Assembly (NCBI GenBank): GCA_964575095.1
Contig: CAZNPA010000008.1
Location: 11,559 to 75,558 of the forward strand
Direction: 5' to 3'
Length of the DNA stretch: 64,000 bases
Origin: an uncultured Rickettsiales bacterium
GTDB taxonomy: Bacteria > Pseudomonadota > Alphaproteobacteria > Rickettsiales > SXRF01
The notes under the pieces were generated by a model. That model made no database searches. It had not been told where the DNA came from and was given only the letters and a program-made list of their open reading frames with translations. Both the position numbers and the translations under genes were made by a program. Below, in pieces: positions 26,999-36,692 of this stretch (positions are counted from its first letter, which is position 1; each line of letters starts with the position of its first letter).

Positions 26999-27835
26999 AT
27001 GCGCCCCTTTATCCTGTTGTTTTCGCTGTTATTACTGGCCGGTTGTGGCCATTTGCAGCAGCTGCAGGTTTTAAATCCCGAAGCCAATGATTTTTCGAGT
27101 TCGCTTTCGGCGGAATACCTGGCCTATGCCAGCGCCGAAGCCGAGCAGGGACATGCGCTTAATGCTGATTACTTCGCCGGCAAAGGGCTTCAAGCCTGGC
27201 GCGGCGACCCGGTTGAACTGGAGCCGGTTGATGCCACGCTTCCAAAACCGGCGCAAGCCAAACTGAATTACGCCCGCAACATGCTTTCGGCACTTTTAAC
27301 CGACGATGTCAAACACGTAGCGGCGCAGAAAGCGGCACGGGCGCAACTGCTGTTCGATTGCTCGGTGAAGCAGGCGGCGCTCAAAACGAAACCAACCACC
27401 GTTTGCAGCGAGGAGCTACAGCAGGCGCTGCTCGATATCGAGACCGTCGCCTCGTCGTTCATGCTCGGCAAGGAAACGATGCATGAGATACGTTTCTCCG
27501 CAGGCAGCGCATCTTTAAGCAAGGCGGCGCTGGCGCTGGTCGATGAAATCACCGGTTATGTGCAGGACGAAACGGCGTTTGCCATCGATCTTGAGGGCCG
27601 TGCCGACAACGCCGCCGGCAAACAGCTGTTTGAAAAACGAGCAAGCGCGCTGCGCAAAGCCTTCGCCGCACGCGGCATCATGGAAGACCATATACAAATG
27701 CAAAGTACCGGCAGCGCCAACGGCAAGGCCGTGTATTTAAGCTGCGACGATACGGTCAAAGATAAAAATAAGATCCGCGTCACCATCCGCGTCTTCGGTC
27801 AGGATAAAAAAGAAACGGGAGCGCAAACGTCATGA
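26999..27835 (+). CDS. OmpA-like domain lipoprotein (paralogue 1)
   Basis: Lipobox LLLAGC. The C-terminal region IRFSAGSASLSKAALALVDEI...GRADNAAGKQLFEKRASALRKAFAARGI resembles OmpA/MotB peptidoglycan-binding domains. The N-terminal domain is similar to that of the next gene. Confidence 0.7.
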   Translation: MRPFILLFSLLLLAGCGHLQQLQVLNPEANDFSSSLSAEYLAYASAEAEQGHALNADYFAGKGLQAWRGDPVELEPVDATLPKPAQAKLNYARNMLSALLTDDVKHVAAQKAARAQLLFDCSVKQAALKTKPTTVCSEELQQALLDIETVASSFMLGKETMHEIRFSAGSASLSKAALALVDEITGYVQDETAFAIDLEGRADNAAGKQLFEKRASALRKAFAARGIMEDHIQMQSTGSANGKAVYLSCDDTVKDKNKIRVTIRVFGQDKKETGAQTS

Positions 27836-28848
27836 AGCGCTGGCTGAAAATAGCGGGACTAATGGTGCTGGTGGCCGGCCTTTCCGGTTGCTGCGTTTAC
27901 CGCATGGAGGAGCTTCGCCGGGCCGAACCGACCGGCACGCCGTTTGAAAAGGCGCTAACCGCAGGCTATCGCGATTTTGTCGCTATCGAAGAAGAGGAAT
28001 ATGACTGGTCGGCGGCGGCGTATTTTGCCGAAAAAGGGTTGCTGACGGCCTATGGCGTCGACGTCGAACCGGAACATCCCGAGGCCTGGGGCATTCAGGA
28101 GGCGTTATCCGAATTGAAAAAGGCGCGGGCGCAGTTAATGAAAGCATTGACGCGCAGCACGAAATCGATGTGGCCGGAATTAGCAGCAAAAGCTCAGGTA
28201 TCCTATGATTCCTGGGTTGAGCAGCAGCACGACGGCTGGCAACGGCTGAAAATCAAAGAAGCCCGCGATGCATTCAACGATTCCATGAAAAAAATATCCG
28301 CCGCGCGCGAAGCGCTGCATAAAAAACCAAAAGCAAAGGTAGCGGCAAAACACGTGAAGCATAAAGCCGCCGTGAAAAAACCGGCAGCGAAGAAACCGAT
28401 AGCGAAAAAATCCGCGATAAAAACAAAGCCAAAGGCGGTAGCCAAGCCTGTAGCGGCAGCGGTAGAAAAGCCTGCGCCGACGGCTTTCAATCCGCCGCCG
28501 ATCGTGTCGGAAACCAAGGAGGCGGAAAAGGCATCTTACATGGTGTTCTTTACCCCCGGCACCGGCGAATTATCGCCGGTCAGTCAGAAAATTATCGATG
28601 CCGCCGCCGAATCGCTGATGGCGCTGCATTCGTACCATATCACCATTGACGCCGGCGCTGATCTCCCGGCGGGCGCCGACCCGACGCTGGCGATGGCGCG
28701 GGTCGAGGCGGTTAAGGAGCGTCTGCTCGTCGCCGGAATCAAGAGTTCGGCCATTGACATCGTGGCACAAGGTGGGGCAAAGTCCCCGACACCTGCCGCC
28801 ACCCCGATACCGGTGGAACGCAAGGTGGAAATATTTATAACCGAGTAG
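27832..28848 (+). CDS. Lipoprotein with Lys/Ala/Pro-rich linker and degenerate OmpA-like C-terminus (paralogue 2)
   Basis: Lipobox VAGLSGC and an ATGA overlap with paralogue 1. The N-terminal segment aligns with paralogue 1 ([10 protein letters not shown] vs ADYFAGKGLQ). The linker reads [43 protein letters not shown]. Confidence 0.65.
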   Translation: MKRWLKIAGLMVLVAGLSGCCVYRMEELRRAEPTGTPFEKALTAGYRDFVAIEEEEYDWSAAAYFAEKGLLTAYGVDVEPEHPEAWGIQEALSELKKARAQLMKALTRSTKSMWPELAAKAQVSYDSWVEQQHDGWQRLKIKEARDAFNDSMKKISAAREALHKKPKAKVAAKHVKHKAAVKKPAAKKPIAKKSAIKTKPKAVAKPVAAAVEKPAPTAFNPPPIVSETKEAEKASYMVFFTPGTGELSPVSQKIIDAAAESLMALHSYHITIDAGADLPAGADPTLAMARVEAVKERLLVAGIKSSAIDIVAQGGAKSPTPAATPIPVERKVEIFITE

Positions 28849-28858
28849 TTTTTCCGGC

Positions 28859-30406
28859 ATGACCGACCGCATTCTTATTCTCGATTTTGGAGCGCAGTAC
28901 ACCCAGCTCATCGCACGGCGCGTGCGCGAGAACAACGTCTATTGCGAAATCCGCCCGTTCAATATCCCCGATGCGGAAATTGTGACATTCGGCGCCAAGG
29001 GCATCATTCTTTCCGGCGGCCCAGCCTCGGTGCACGAGGAATTCTCACCCACCATCAGCACAAAAATATTCACGCTCGGCGTGCCGATTTTAGGCATCTG
29101 CTACGGCGAGCAGCTTATGTGCCAGCTTCTGGGCGGCAAGGTCGAATCAGGGCATCACCGCGAATTCGGCCGCGCCATGGTCGACGTCGTTTCCGACTGC
29201 GCGCTGCTCAAAGGCGTCTGGAATGCCGGCGACAAAAAACAGGTATGGATGAGCCATGGCGACAAAGTCACTGCCATTCCGGAAGGCTTCAAGGCGGTGG
29301 CAACCACCCCCAGCGCGCCGTTTGCCGCCATCGCCAACGACGCCCGCCGCTATTACGGTATCCAGTTTCACGCCGAGGTCGCGCACACACCCGACGGCGG
29401 CAGGCTGCTCAAAAATTTTACGCATACGATCTGCGGTTGCCGCGGCGACTGGACGATGGCCGCCTTCCGCCAGACCGAGATCGCGCGCATACGCGATCAG
29501 GTCGGCAGGGGCAAGGTCGTCTGCGGCGTCAGCGGGGGTGTCGATTCCTCGGTCGTGGCGGCGCTGTTGCACGAAGCCATCGGCGACCAGCTGGTGTGCA
29601 TTTTCGTCAATACCGGCCTGTTGCGCGAAGGCGAGCCGGAACAGGTGGAAAAGCTGTTCAAGGAGCATTTCCATATTCCGTTGATCCATGTCGATGCCAG
29701 CTTATTATTTTTGCAGCGCCTGCAAAGCGTCAAAGACCCGGAGCAAAAACGCAAGATCATCGGCGAGACGTTCATTGAGGTGTTCGAAAAAGAAGCCGAA
29801 CATGCCGGTGGCGCCGATTTTTTGGCTCAGGGCACACTTTACCCCGACGTCATCGAGTCAGTCTCGTTCACCGGCGGGCCGTCAGTCACCATCAAATCAC
29901 ACCACAATGTCGGCGGGCTGCCCGCACGCATGAAGATGAAGCTGGTCGAACCGCTGCGCGAACTGTTTAAAGACGAGGTCAGAAAGCTGGGAAAAGAACT
30001 GGGCATGCCCGAGAGCATGGTCGGACGGCATCCATTCCCGGGACCGGGGCTGGCTATCCGCATCCCGGGCGAAATCTCCGCCGATAAGCTGGCGCTGTTG
30101 CGCAAGGCCGATGCCATCTATATCGAAGAAATCCACAGCGCCGGGCTTTATAAGGAAATATGGCAGGCGTTTGCCGTGCTGCTGCCGGTCAAAACCGTGG
30201 GCGTCATGGGTGATGCCAGAAGTTACGATTTCGTCTGTGCCCTGCGTGCCGTAACATCGACCGATGGCATGACGGCGGATTCTTACCCCTTCCAGCATGA
30301 ATTCTTGAGCCGGGTCAGCAATCGTATTATCAATGAGGTGCGCGGCATCAATCGCATCGTCTACGATGTCACGAGCAAGCCGCCGGGAACGATCGAATGG
30401 GAATGA
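28859..30406 (+). CDS. guaA: Glutamine-hydrolysing GMP synthase
   Basis: GATase domain ([11 protein letters not shown]) and ATP-pyrophosphatase P-loop (SGGVDSSV), with the family C-terminal ending PPGTIEWE. Confidence 0.96.
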   Translation: MTDRILILDFGAQYTQLIARRVRENNVYCEIRPFNIPDAEIVTFGAKGIILSGGPASVHEEFSPTISTKIFTLGVPILGICYGEQLMCQLLGGKVESGHHREFGRAMVDVVSDCALLKGVWNAGDKKQVWMSHGDKVTAIPEGFKAVATTPSAPFAAIANDARRYYGIQFHAEVAHTPDGGRLLKNFTHTICGCRGDWTMAAFRQTEIARIRDQVGRGKVVCGVSGGVDSSVVAALLHEAIGDQLVCIFVNTGLLREGEPEQVEKLFKEHFHIPLIHVDASLLFLQRLQSVKDPEQKRKIIGETFIEVFEKEAEHAGGADFLAQGTLYPDVIESVSFTGGPSVTIKSHHNVGGLPARMKMKLVEPLRELFKDEVRKLGKELGMPESMVGRHPFPGPGLAIRIPGEISADKLALLRKADAIYIEEIHSAGLYKEIWQAFAVLLPVKTVGVMGDARSYDFVCALRAVTSTDGMTADSYPFQHEFLSRVSNRIINEVRGINRIVYDVTSKPPGTIEWE

Positions 30407-30407
30407 C

Positions 30408-31058
30408 ATGAGCGAATTATTACGCGAGCTGCAGGAAGACCTGCACCAGGAGCGGCTGCACAGACTGTGGCACAGCTTCGGCAAAGTCATCATCGGCCTC
30501 AGCATCACCATCATCTTGGGAACGGTGGTGATGGTGGCGTGGCAGAATTATTCGCGCGCGAAAGCGGCGGGCTATACCGGCCAGCTGATGAAAGCCGCCG
30601 ACCGCATTAAGGTTGAAGATTACAAAGGCGCCATCGTCGTGTTCGATGAGCTTACCAAAACGCCGGGTGGGCGCTATTATTCGATCGCCATGCTGCGCAA
30701 AGCGGAAGCGCAAACGGCGCTGGGTACGAACGACGCGGCCATGGCCACTTACCGGACGTTGGCGCAGAACAGCGGCAATGACGCGTCGGATTCTTTCGGG
30801 GCGCTGGCCAAGCTGCTGGCGGCAAACGATGCGGATGCGCCCATTAGCGTCAACGAGGATTCGGCATTCCACCACTCCGAACGCGAGCGCCGGGCATGGC
30901 AGCTGCTTGCCGCCGGCAAAAAAACCGAGGCGGCGCATGAGCTCTCACTGTTACGCGACAACGACGCCGCACCGCAAAGTCTGCGCCTGCGCGCGGCAAT
31001 GGCGCTTAATACCTTGCCGCCGGCGAAAACGGATGCGAAAGCCGTCGAAAATGAATAG
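30408..31058 (+). CDS. YfgM-like membrane-anchored TPR protein
   Basis: N-terminal TM anchor (VIIGLSITIILGTVVMVAW) followed by a TPR-like domain. It sits immediately upstream of bamB-der, matching the E. coli yfgM-bamB-der order. I reassigned the start to 30408. Confidence 0.7.
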   Translation: MSELLRELQEDLHQERLHRLWHSFGKVIIGLSITIILGTVVMVAWQNYSRAKAAGYTGQLMKAADRIKVEDYKGAIVVFDELTKTPGGRYYSIAMLRKAEAQTALGTNDAAMATYRTLAQNSGNDASDSFGALAKLLAANDADAPISVNEDSAFHHSERERRAWQLLAAGKKTEAAHELSLLRDNDAAPQSLRLRAAMALNTLPPAKTDAKAVENE

Positions 31059-32388
31059 GCGGTTTCTTGCTATTGCACTTCTGTCAGCGATGGCGCTGGC
31101 GGGCTGTAGCCATCTGCCATCGTGGATGGGCGGCAAAAAAGAGGAGCCGACAAAGATCGGCGGCGACCGTCTGGCTGTGCTTTCGGAAAACACGCCGTTA
31201 ACGCCGGATGCCGCGCTTAAATCAACGGCTTTTGTCTTGCCGCCTTCGACCAATAACGCCGACTGGGCGCAGCACACCGGCATGCTTACCGCTACCTCTA
31301 GCAATCTCAGTTTTTCCGGCGCGCTGGATAAAAGCGAGAGCGCACGCATTGCCGGCGGCAACGATTTCGAGCATACGCTGATTCCGCGGCCGGTGGTTGC
31401 CGGTGGCATGGTGTTCGCCATGGACGCGGTGGGAGAAATCTCGGCGCATGACGCCGCCAACGTCAGCAGCACGCGCTGGCAATCGAACGGTGTCGCCGAA
31501 GAGGACGAACCGGACGTTTATGGCGGCGGACTGGCTTACGACCAGGGTAAATTATATGCTGTTTCCGGTCGCGGTATGGTCGCCGCCTTTGATGCCGCCA
31601 CCGGCAAGGAATTATGGCGAAAAGCGTTGCGCGTGCCGTTCCGCTCGGCGCCGCGCGTGGATGCCGGCAAGCTGTTCGCGCTCACCATCGACAGCCAGTT
31701 TTTTGCTCTGGATGCAGCCACCGGCGCCGTTCTCTGGACGCATCGCGGCATTTCCGAAACCACCGGCATGATGAACTCTGTCTCTCCTGCCATCGCTTCC
31801 GGCACCGTAATCGTGCCTTACGGGTCGGGCGAGATTTATGCGCTGGGGGAAATCAACGGCACTCCGATCTGGGGCGACTCACTGGTGCAGACAGCGCAGA
31901 CCGTGGGTAGCAATTCGTTTTCCGGCATCGGCGGCGACCCCATCATTGACGGCGAAGCGGTGTTTGCCGTCAGCGCCGGCGGCAGGCTTGGCGTATTCAA
32001 TCTGGCCGGCGGCCAGCGCCTGTGGGACATGCCTGTCGCTTCGATCAACACGCCATGGCTGGCGGGGGATTATTTGTTCGTGCTTTCTTCCGACAACACG
32101 GTGGCGGCGCTGGTAAAATATACCGGCCACGTGCGCTGGGCAACGAAGCTCCCCGATTTCGAAAATGAGGAAAAGAAAAAAGACCCCATCGTCTGGCGCG
32201 GACCGGTGCTTATCAACGGCAAACTGACGGTCGTCGGGTCGAATGGGCAATTGCTGCTGATTTCTGCCGCCGATGGAACTATCCTCGAAACCAAATCCAT
32301 CCCGGATAAAATTTATACCGCACCCGTCGTCGCTGGCGGTCGTATGTACCTGATCGACCAGAGCGCGATGCTGTATTCATTGCAGTAA
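31051..32388 (+). CDS. bamB: Outer-membrane protein assembly factor BamB (PQQ-like beta-propeller lipoprotein)
   Basis: Lipobox ALAGCS and repeated beta-propeller blades (GKELWR, GAVLWTH, GQRLWD). Located between yfgM-like and der. I reassigned the start from 30613 to 31051. Confidence 0.88.
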   Translation: MNRRFLAIALLSAMALAGCSHLPSWMGGKKEEPTKIGGDRLAVLSENTPLTPDAALKSTAFVLPPSTNNADWAQHTGMLTATSSNLSFSGALDKSESARIAGGNDFEHTLIPRPVVAGGMVFAMDAVGEISAHDAANVSSTRWQSNGVAEEDEPDVYGGGLAYDQGKLYAVSGRGMVAAFDAATGKELWRKALRVPFRSAPRVDAGKLFALTIDSQFFALDAATGAVLWTHRGISETTGMMNSVSPAIASGTVIVPYGSGEIYALGEINGTPIWGDSLVQTAQTVGSNSFSGIGGDPIIDGEAVFAVSAGGRLGVFNLAGGQRLWDMPVASINTPWLAGDYLFVLSSDNTVAALVKYTGHVRWATKLPDFENEEKKKDPIVWRGPVLINGKLTVVGSNGQLLLISAADGTILETKSIPDKIYTAPVVAGGRMYLIDQSAMLYSLQ

Positions 32389-32392
32389 TTTT

Positions 32393-33754
32393 ATGACGTT
32401 CACCGTTGCTATTGTCGGCCGGCCCAATGTCGGTAAATCGACATTATTTAACCGCTTAACCGGCAAGCGCCGGGCACTGGTCGATGACGAGGCGGGGACG
32501 ACGCGCGACCGGCGCGAAGGCAAGGCCAAGCTGGGGCCGTTGGAATTTCGCATCATCGATACCGCCGGGCTGGAAGAGGCGAAAGCGGAGACTCTGGCAG
32601 CGCGCATGACCAGCCAGACCAAAGAAGCCCTCAAAGACGCCGACGTCGTGCTGATGATGATCGACGGCCGCGCCGGTGTGACGCCGATGGACCGGCACTT
32701 CGCCGAAATCGTGCGCCGTGCGCAAAAACCCGTGGTGCTGGCGGTCAACAAGGCCGAGGGCAAGGAATCGAAAAGCGCCATCGCCGAGGCGCACGCGCTG
32801 GGGCTCGGCGCGCCGGTGCCCATTTCCGCCGAGCATAACGAAGGCCTCGCGGATTTGTACGAGGCGCTGGCACCTTTTGAGAAAGGAAGTGGGGATTCGG
32901 GATTCGGGATTAAGGAAGAAGAAACAAATTTTATTCCCCCCAATCCCCCGCTTTCTATAGCCATCATCGGCCGGCCCAATGTCGGTAAATCGACGCTGAT
33001 GAACCGCATTTTAGGCGAGGAGCGGATGCTGACCGGCCCCGAGGCGGGTATCACGCGCGATGCGGTGATGGTGGAGCACGCATTCGAGGGGCGCCCTCTG
33101 GCGCTGGTCGATACCGCCGGGATGCGCCGCAAATCGAACGTGAAGGAAAAAGTCGAGAAATTGGCGGTCGCCGACGCGCTGGAGTCGCTCAAATACGCCG
33201 AGGTAGCGGTTCTGGTGATGGATGCCGAGATGCCGCTCGAAAAACAGGACAACGACATCGCGGCGCTGATCGAGCAGGAGGGTCGTGCTGTCGTCATCGC
33301 CGTCAATAAATGGGATATGGTCGAAGATGAGAAGGCGTTTCTTAAAGCCTTCCGCCAGCGGCTGGAATACGTGCTGCCGCAGGTGGCGGGTGTCGCCATC
33401 GTGCCGGTGTCGGCGGAGAAGGGGCAGGGCATCTCGAAGCTGCTCAAGGAATGCATCAAGGCGCATGCGGTGTGGAACAAGGAAATCTCGACCAGCCAGT
33501 TAAACCGCTGGCTGGAAGAGGCGCTTGCCGCCCACGCGCCGCCGCTGGTCAACAAGCGACGCGTCAAGATCCGCTACATGACGCAAAAAACGGCGCGGCC
33601 GCCGACGTTCATCTTATTCGCCAACACCGGCGACATTCCAGAGAGCTACATACGCTATCTGGTCAATTCCATGCGCGAGCACTTTCATTTGCCCGGCACG
33701 CCGATCCGCATTAAAATCCGCAAAGGGAATAATCCGTATGCCGGCCGCGATTGA
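32393..33754 (+). CDS. der: Ribosome-biogenesis GTPase Der (EngA), with a repeat-derived interdomain linker
   Basis: Two GTPase domains (GRPNVGKSTLFN and GRPNVGKSTLMN, each with DTAG and NK.D) and a KH-like C-terminus. Confidence 0.95.
   Translation: MTFTVAIVGRPNVGKSTLFNRLTGKRRALVDDEAGTTRDRREGKAKLGPLEFRIIDTAGLEEAKAETLAARMTSQTKEALKDADVVLMMIDGRAGVTPMDRHFAEIVRRAQKPVVLAVNKAEGKESKSAIAEAHALGLGAPVPISAEHNEGLADLYEALAPFEKGSGDSGFGIKEEETNFIPPNPPLSIAIIGRPNVGKSTLMNRILGEERMLTGPEAGITRDAVMVEHAFEGRPLALVDTAGMRRKSNVKEKVEKLAVADALESLKYAEVAVLVMDAEMPLEKQDNDIAALIEQEGRAVVIAVNKWDMVEDEKAFLKAFRQRLEYVLPQVAGVAIVPVSAEKGQGISKLLKECIKAHAVWNKEISTSQLNRWLEEALAAHAPPLVNKRRVKIRYMTQKTARPPTFILFANTGDIPESYIRYLVNSMREHFHLPGTPIRIKIRKGNNPYAGRD
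32891..32949. repeat. GGGATTN-heptamer element copy inside der
   Basis: GGGGATTCGGGATTCGGGATTAAGGAAGAAGAAACAAATTTTATTCCCCCCAATCCCCC. The left arm and A-rich centre match the 17036 palindrome, and the right arm is degenerate. It is translated as GDSGFGIKEEETNFIPPNPP. Confidence 0.75.
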
Positions 33755-34670
33755 GATAAAAAAACTCCACAAAACCTACGGCAGCGACAAAAAATCTGCC
33801 ACGAAAGTCGCGCTTAAAGGTATTGATTTAGATGTCCCGCGCGGCTCGTTTTTCGGGTTGCTGGGCCCTAACGGCGCCGGGAAATCGACGATGATCAACA
33901 TCCTGGCCGGACTGGTACTCAAAACCAGCGGCGAGGCACGCATCCTGGGCCATGACATCGAAAAAAACATGCGGCAGGCGCGGCTTTCGCTCGGCGTCGT
34001 GCCGCAGGAGCTGGTGCTCGACACGTTCTTCACCGTGCGCCAGGCGCTCGACATCCATGCCGGTTATTACGGCGTGCCTAAGCCTAAGCGCAAAACCGAC
34101 GAGATCATCGCGGCGCTGGGACTTACCGACAAGGCCGACATCAATTCGCGGCGACTGTCGGGCGGCATGCGGCGGCGGCTCTTGGTCGCCAAGGCGCTGG
34201 TGCATTCGCCACCGGTATTGATTCTGGACGAGCCGACAGCGGGTGTAGATGTCGAGTTGCGCACACAATTATGGAATTATGTGCGCGCGCTGAACAAGCA
34301 GGGAACCACGGTGCTGCTTACCACGCATTACCTGGAAGAAGCCGAGGAGCTCTGCGACACCATCGCCGTCATCAACCACGGCGAGGTGGTGGCGTGCGAC
34401 AAAAAATCGACGCTGCTCAAGCAGTTCGACAGCAAGCAGATGGTCATCACATTGCCACAAAAATTGACGGAAATTCCGGCGGCGCTGGCATCATGGCCGG
34501 CAACGATTGACGGCGAGGGCAGGCTGGTCATCAGCTACAAGCCCAGCAAAAACTCGATGCAGGATATTTTGGACGCCGTGCGCACGTCCGGCCTTAGCAT
34601 ATCGGACATGACGACACGCGAGGCCGACCTTGAGGAAGTGTTCATCCACTTAACGCGCGCGGCGGCGTAA
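33738..34670 (+). CDS. ABC transporter ATP-binding protein (ABC-2/YadG-like)
   Basis: Walker A GPNGAGKST, signature LSGGMRRRL and Walker B VLILDEPT. It overlaps the der end by 17 bp. No permease gene is adjacent. Confidence 0.9.
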   Translation: MPAAIEIKKLHKTYGSDKKSATKVALKGIDLDVPRGSFFGLLGPNGAGKSTMINILAGLVLKTSGEARILGHDIEKNMRQARLSLGVVPQELVLDTFFTVRQALDIHAGYYGVPKPKRKTDEIIAALGLTDKADINSRRLSGGMRRRLLVAKALVHSPPVLILDEPTAGVDVELRTQLWNYVRALNKQGTTVLLTTHYLEEAEELCDTIAVINHGEVVACDKKSTLLKQFDSKQMVITLPQKLTEIPAALASWPATIDGEGRLVISYKPSKNSMQDILDAVRTSGLSISDMTTREADLEEVFIHLTRAAA

Positions 34671-35845
34671 TGCTGTGCCGCTTGCGCCTTAAAAAAGGCA
34701 AGGATGCCGCCATCCGTGATGGCTTTCCGTGGATTTACGCCAACGATATCATCGATTCTTCCGAGTGGAAAATGGCTCCAATTGGTAGTTTGGCGCAGAT
34801 TGAAACGGTGCGCGGAGAATTTATCGGAATCGGCTATGTCAACGCCGCGTCACAAATTGTCGGGCGTGTGCTCTCGCTCAAAAACGAAAAGATCGATGCG
34901 GCGTTTTTTACAGCGCGGATTAAAGCTGCGCTGGCGCGGCGGGAAAAAATCATCGGCGTGCCCTATTACCGGCTGGCGCATTCCGAAGCCGACGGGCTGC
35001 CGGGGTTACTCCTGGACAGGTTCGGCGACATCGTCGTCGCACAGGTGGGAACGGCGGGCATGGAGCGGTTGCAGCCATTATGGATAGAGGCATTGGAAAA
35101 AGTTGTTTCGCCGAAAATCATTGTACTGCGTAACGACGCCGGCGCGCGGAAATTGGAGGGGTTGAAACAGGAGACAACCATATTGAAAGGCGAGGCAGCG
35201 GGTGTAATCGAAGTCCGCCAAAACAACCTTGTCTATTTCGCCGACCTGGTGAAAGGCCAGAAGACCGGCTGGTTTTACGACCAGCGCGACAACCATGCGC
35301 TGGTGGCGAATATGTCTAAAGAAAAAACCGTGCTCGATGTTTACGCGCACTCCGGCGGGTTCGGGCTGCTGGCGGCAAAACACGGCGCGGCAGAGGTCAC
35401 CATGGTCGACAGCTCGGCGCTGGCTTTGGATTTAGCCAAGAAAGCGCAGGCGGAAAATAATCTAAAACATTGTGATTATATTCAAGGCGACGCGTTTGAA
35501 ATAATGGAGAAATTAGCGGGCGAGGGCAACCGCTACGATATCGTCATCACCGACCCGCCGCCCTTCATCAAAACCAAGAAAGACATCGCGTCGGGGTTGA
35601 AAGGCTATGCCAAGATGGCAAAATTGGCAGCTGCGTTGGTTAACCCCGCCGGACATTTATTTGCCGCCTCCTGCTCGCACCATGCCTCGCGCGGCGCGTT
35701 TAACAACGCGGTGATGGAAGGCATTGGGAAAGCCGGACGCGCGTCCACGCTGCTTAAGCAAACCGGCGCCGCGCCCGACCATCCCATTCACCCTAAATTA
35801 CCGCAAAGTGAGTATTTGAAAGGCCTGCTGGTTCGGCTAGACTAG
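34670..35845 (+). CDS. rlmI: Class I SAM-dependent 23S rRNA (cytosine-C5) methyltransferase, RlmI-like
   Basis: PUA-like N-terminus (GFPWIYANDI), QKTGWFYDQRDN and the SAM fold (VLDVYAHSGGFGL ... DIVITDPPPF). Confidence 0.88.
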   Translation: MLCRLRLKKGKDAAIRDGFPWIYANDIIDSSEWKMAPIGSLAQIETVRGEFIGIGYVNAASQIVGRVLSLKNEKIDAAFFTARIKAALARREKIIGVPYYRLAHSEADGLPGLLLDRFGDIVVAQVGTAGMERLQPLWIEALEKVVSPKIIVLRNDAGARKLEGLKQETTILKGEAAGVIEVRQNNLVYFADLVKGQKTGWFYDQRDNHALVANMSKEKTVLDVYAHSGGFGLLAAKHGAAEVTMVDSSALALDLAKKAQAENNLKHCDYIQGDAFEIMEKLAGEGNRYDIVITDPPPFIKTKKDIASGLKGYAKMAKLAAALVNPAGHLFAASCSHHASRGAFNNAVMEGIGKAGRASTLLKQTGAAPDHPIHPKLPQSEYLKGLLVRLD

Positions 35846-35864
35846 CGGCAACTAAGGAGGGATT

Positions 35865-36275
35865 ATGCTCAACGAATTCAAGCAATTCATCGCCCGCGGC
35901 AACGTCATTGACCTCGCGGTCGGCATCATCATGGGCGCGGCGTTTACCGGTATCGTTAGCTCGCTGGTAAAAGACATCCTCATGCCCCCCATCGGCAAAA
36001 TCATGGGCGGTATCGATTTTTCCAATTTCTTCGTCAATTTGTCCGATGGCAGCTACGCCACGCTGAAAGCGGCGCAGGAAGCCGGTGCTGCGACGATCAA
36101 TTACGGTATCTTTTTAAATCAGGTCATCAATTTCCTGATCGTCGCCTTCGCCGTGTTCATACTGGTCAAGCAAGTCAACCGCTTCCACCGCCGCGAGGAC
36201 GCCAAGCCCACCGTCGCCCCGCCGCGGCAGGAAATGCTGCTCGAAGAAATCCGCGACCTGCTGAAACGGAAATAG
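35865..36275 (+). CDS. mscL: Large-conductance mechanosensitive channel
   Basis: MLNEFKQFIARGNVIDLAVGIIMGAAFT is the canonical MscL N-terminus; 136 aa. Confidence 0.95.
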   Translation: MLNEFKQFIARGNVIDLAVGIIMGAAFTGIVSSLVKDILMPPIGKIMGGIDFSNFFVNLSDGSYATLKAAQEAGAATINYGIFLNQVINFLIVAFAVFILVKQVNRFHRREDAKPTVAPPRQEMLLEEIRDLLKRK

Positions 36276-36279
36276 CGTC

Positions 36280-36690
36280 GTGTCGAAAATTAAAAATATG
36301 TGGTCGGCTTTGGTCGGGAAAAAGGGCCCAAAAGAGCGGATCGAACAACAGCGGGAAATTCACAAGGATTCGGATTTGTTGCTTCAGGTGCTCGATTTCA
36401 TGCTGGCCAAGCGCAACACGTGGGAGTTAACCGCGGACGAGTTTGAGCGGATCAGCGCCATCGGCCGATCCGTTAAAGGGGATGCAAAAGAGATACGCGG
36501 CGCCGTTGTCCAGGCGCTTATTTCCATGCATCAGGAATTCGCCGCCGACCTTGATGACATCGTTTCCGGCCGCAAGCGTTCGACAAGCGGCGGGACGGAA
36601 CAACTAAAAAAGCATGTAGAGGAAGACCTCTTGGCCGGCGAGTTGTTGGTATCCAAGTCTTCTGGTCCCGATAAATCCCAGGGACGGTAA
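36280..36690 (+). CDS. Hypothetical protein
   Basis: 136-aa ORF with a GTG start (alternative ATG at 36298), 4 nt after mscL. No recognised family, and moderately lower G+C. Confidence 0.45.
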   Translation: MSKIKNMWSALVGKKGPKERIEQQREIHKDSDLLLQVLDFMLAKRNTWELTADEFERISAIGRSVKGDAKEIRGAVVQALISMHQEFAADLDDIVSGRKRSTSGGTEQLKKHVEEDLLAGELLVSKSSGPDKSQGR

Positions 36691-36692
36691 CG

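Noticed and set aside
28942-29778. 278-aa alternative-frame ORF within guaA, and 61904..62734 opposite msbA
   Set aside because: Both overlap strongly supported genes, and their translations are Arg/Pro/Gly-rich frame-shift noise.
32377-33567. 396-aa ORF on the minus strand, opposite der
   Set aside because: It is antisense to der, which has two complete GTPase domains. The translation is Ser/Ala-rich and has no motifs.
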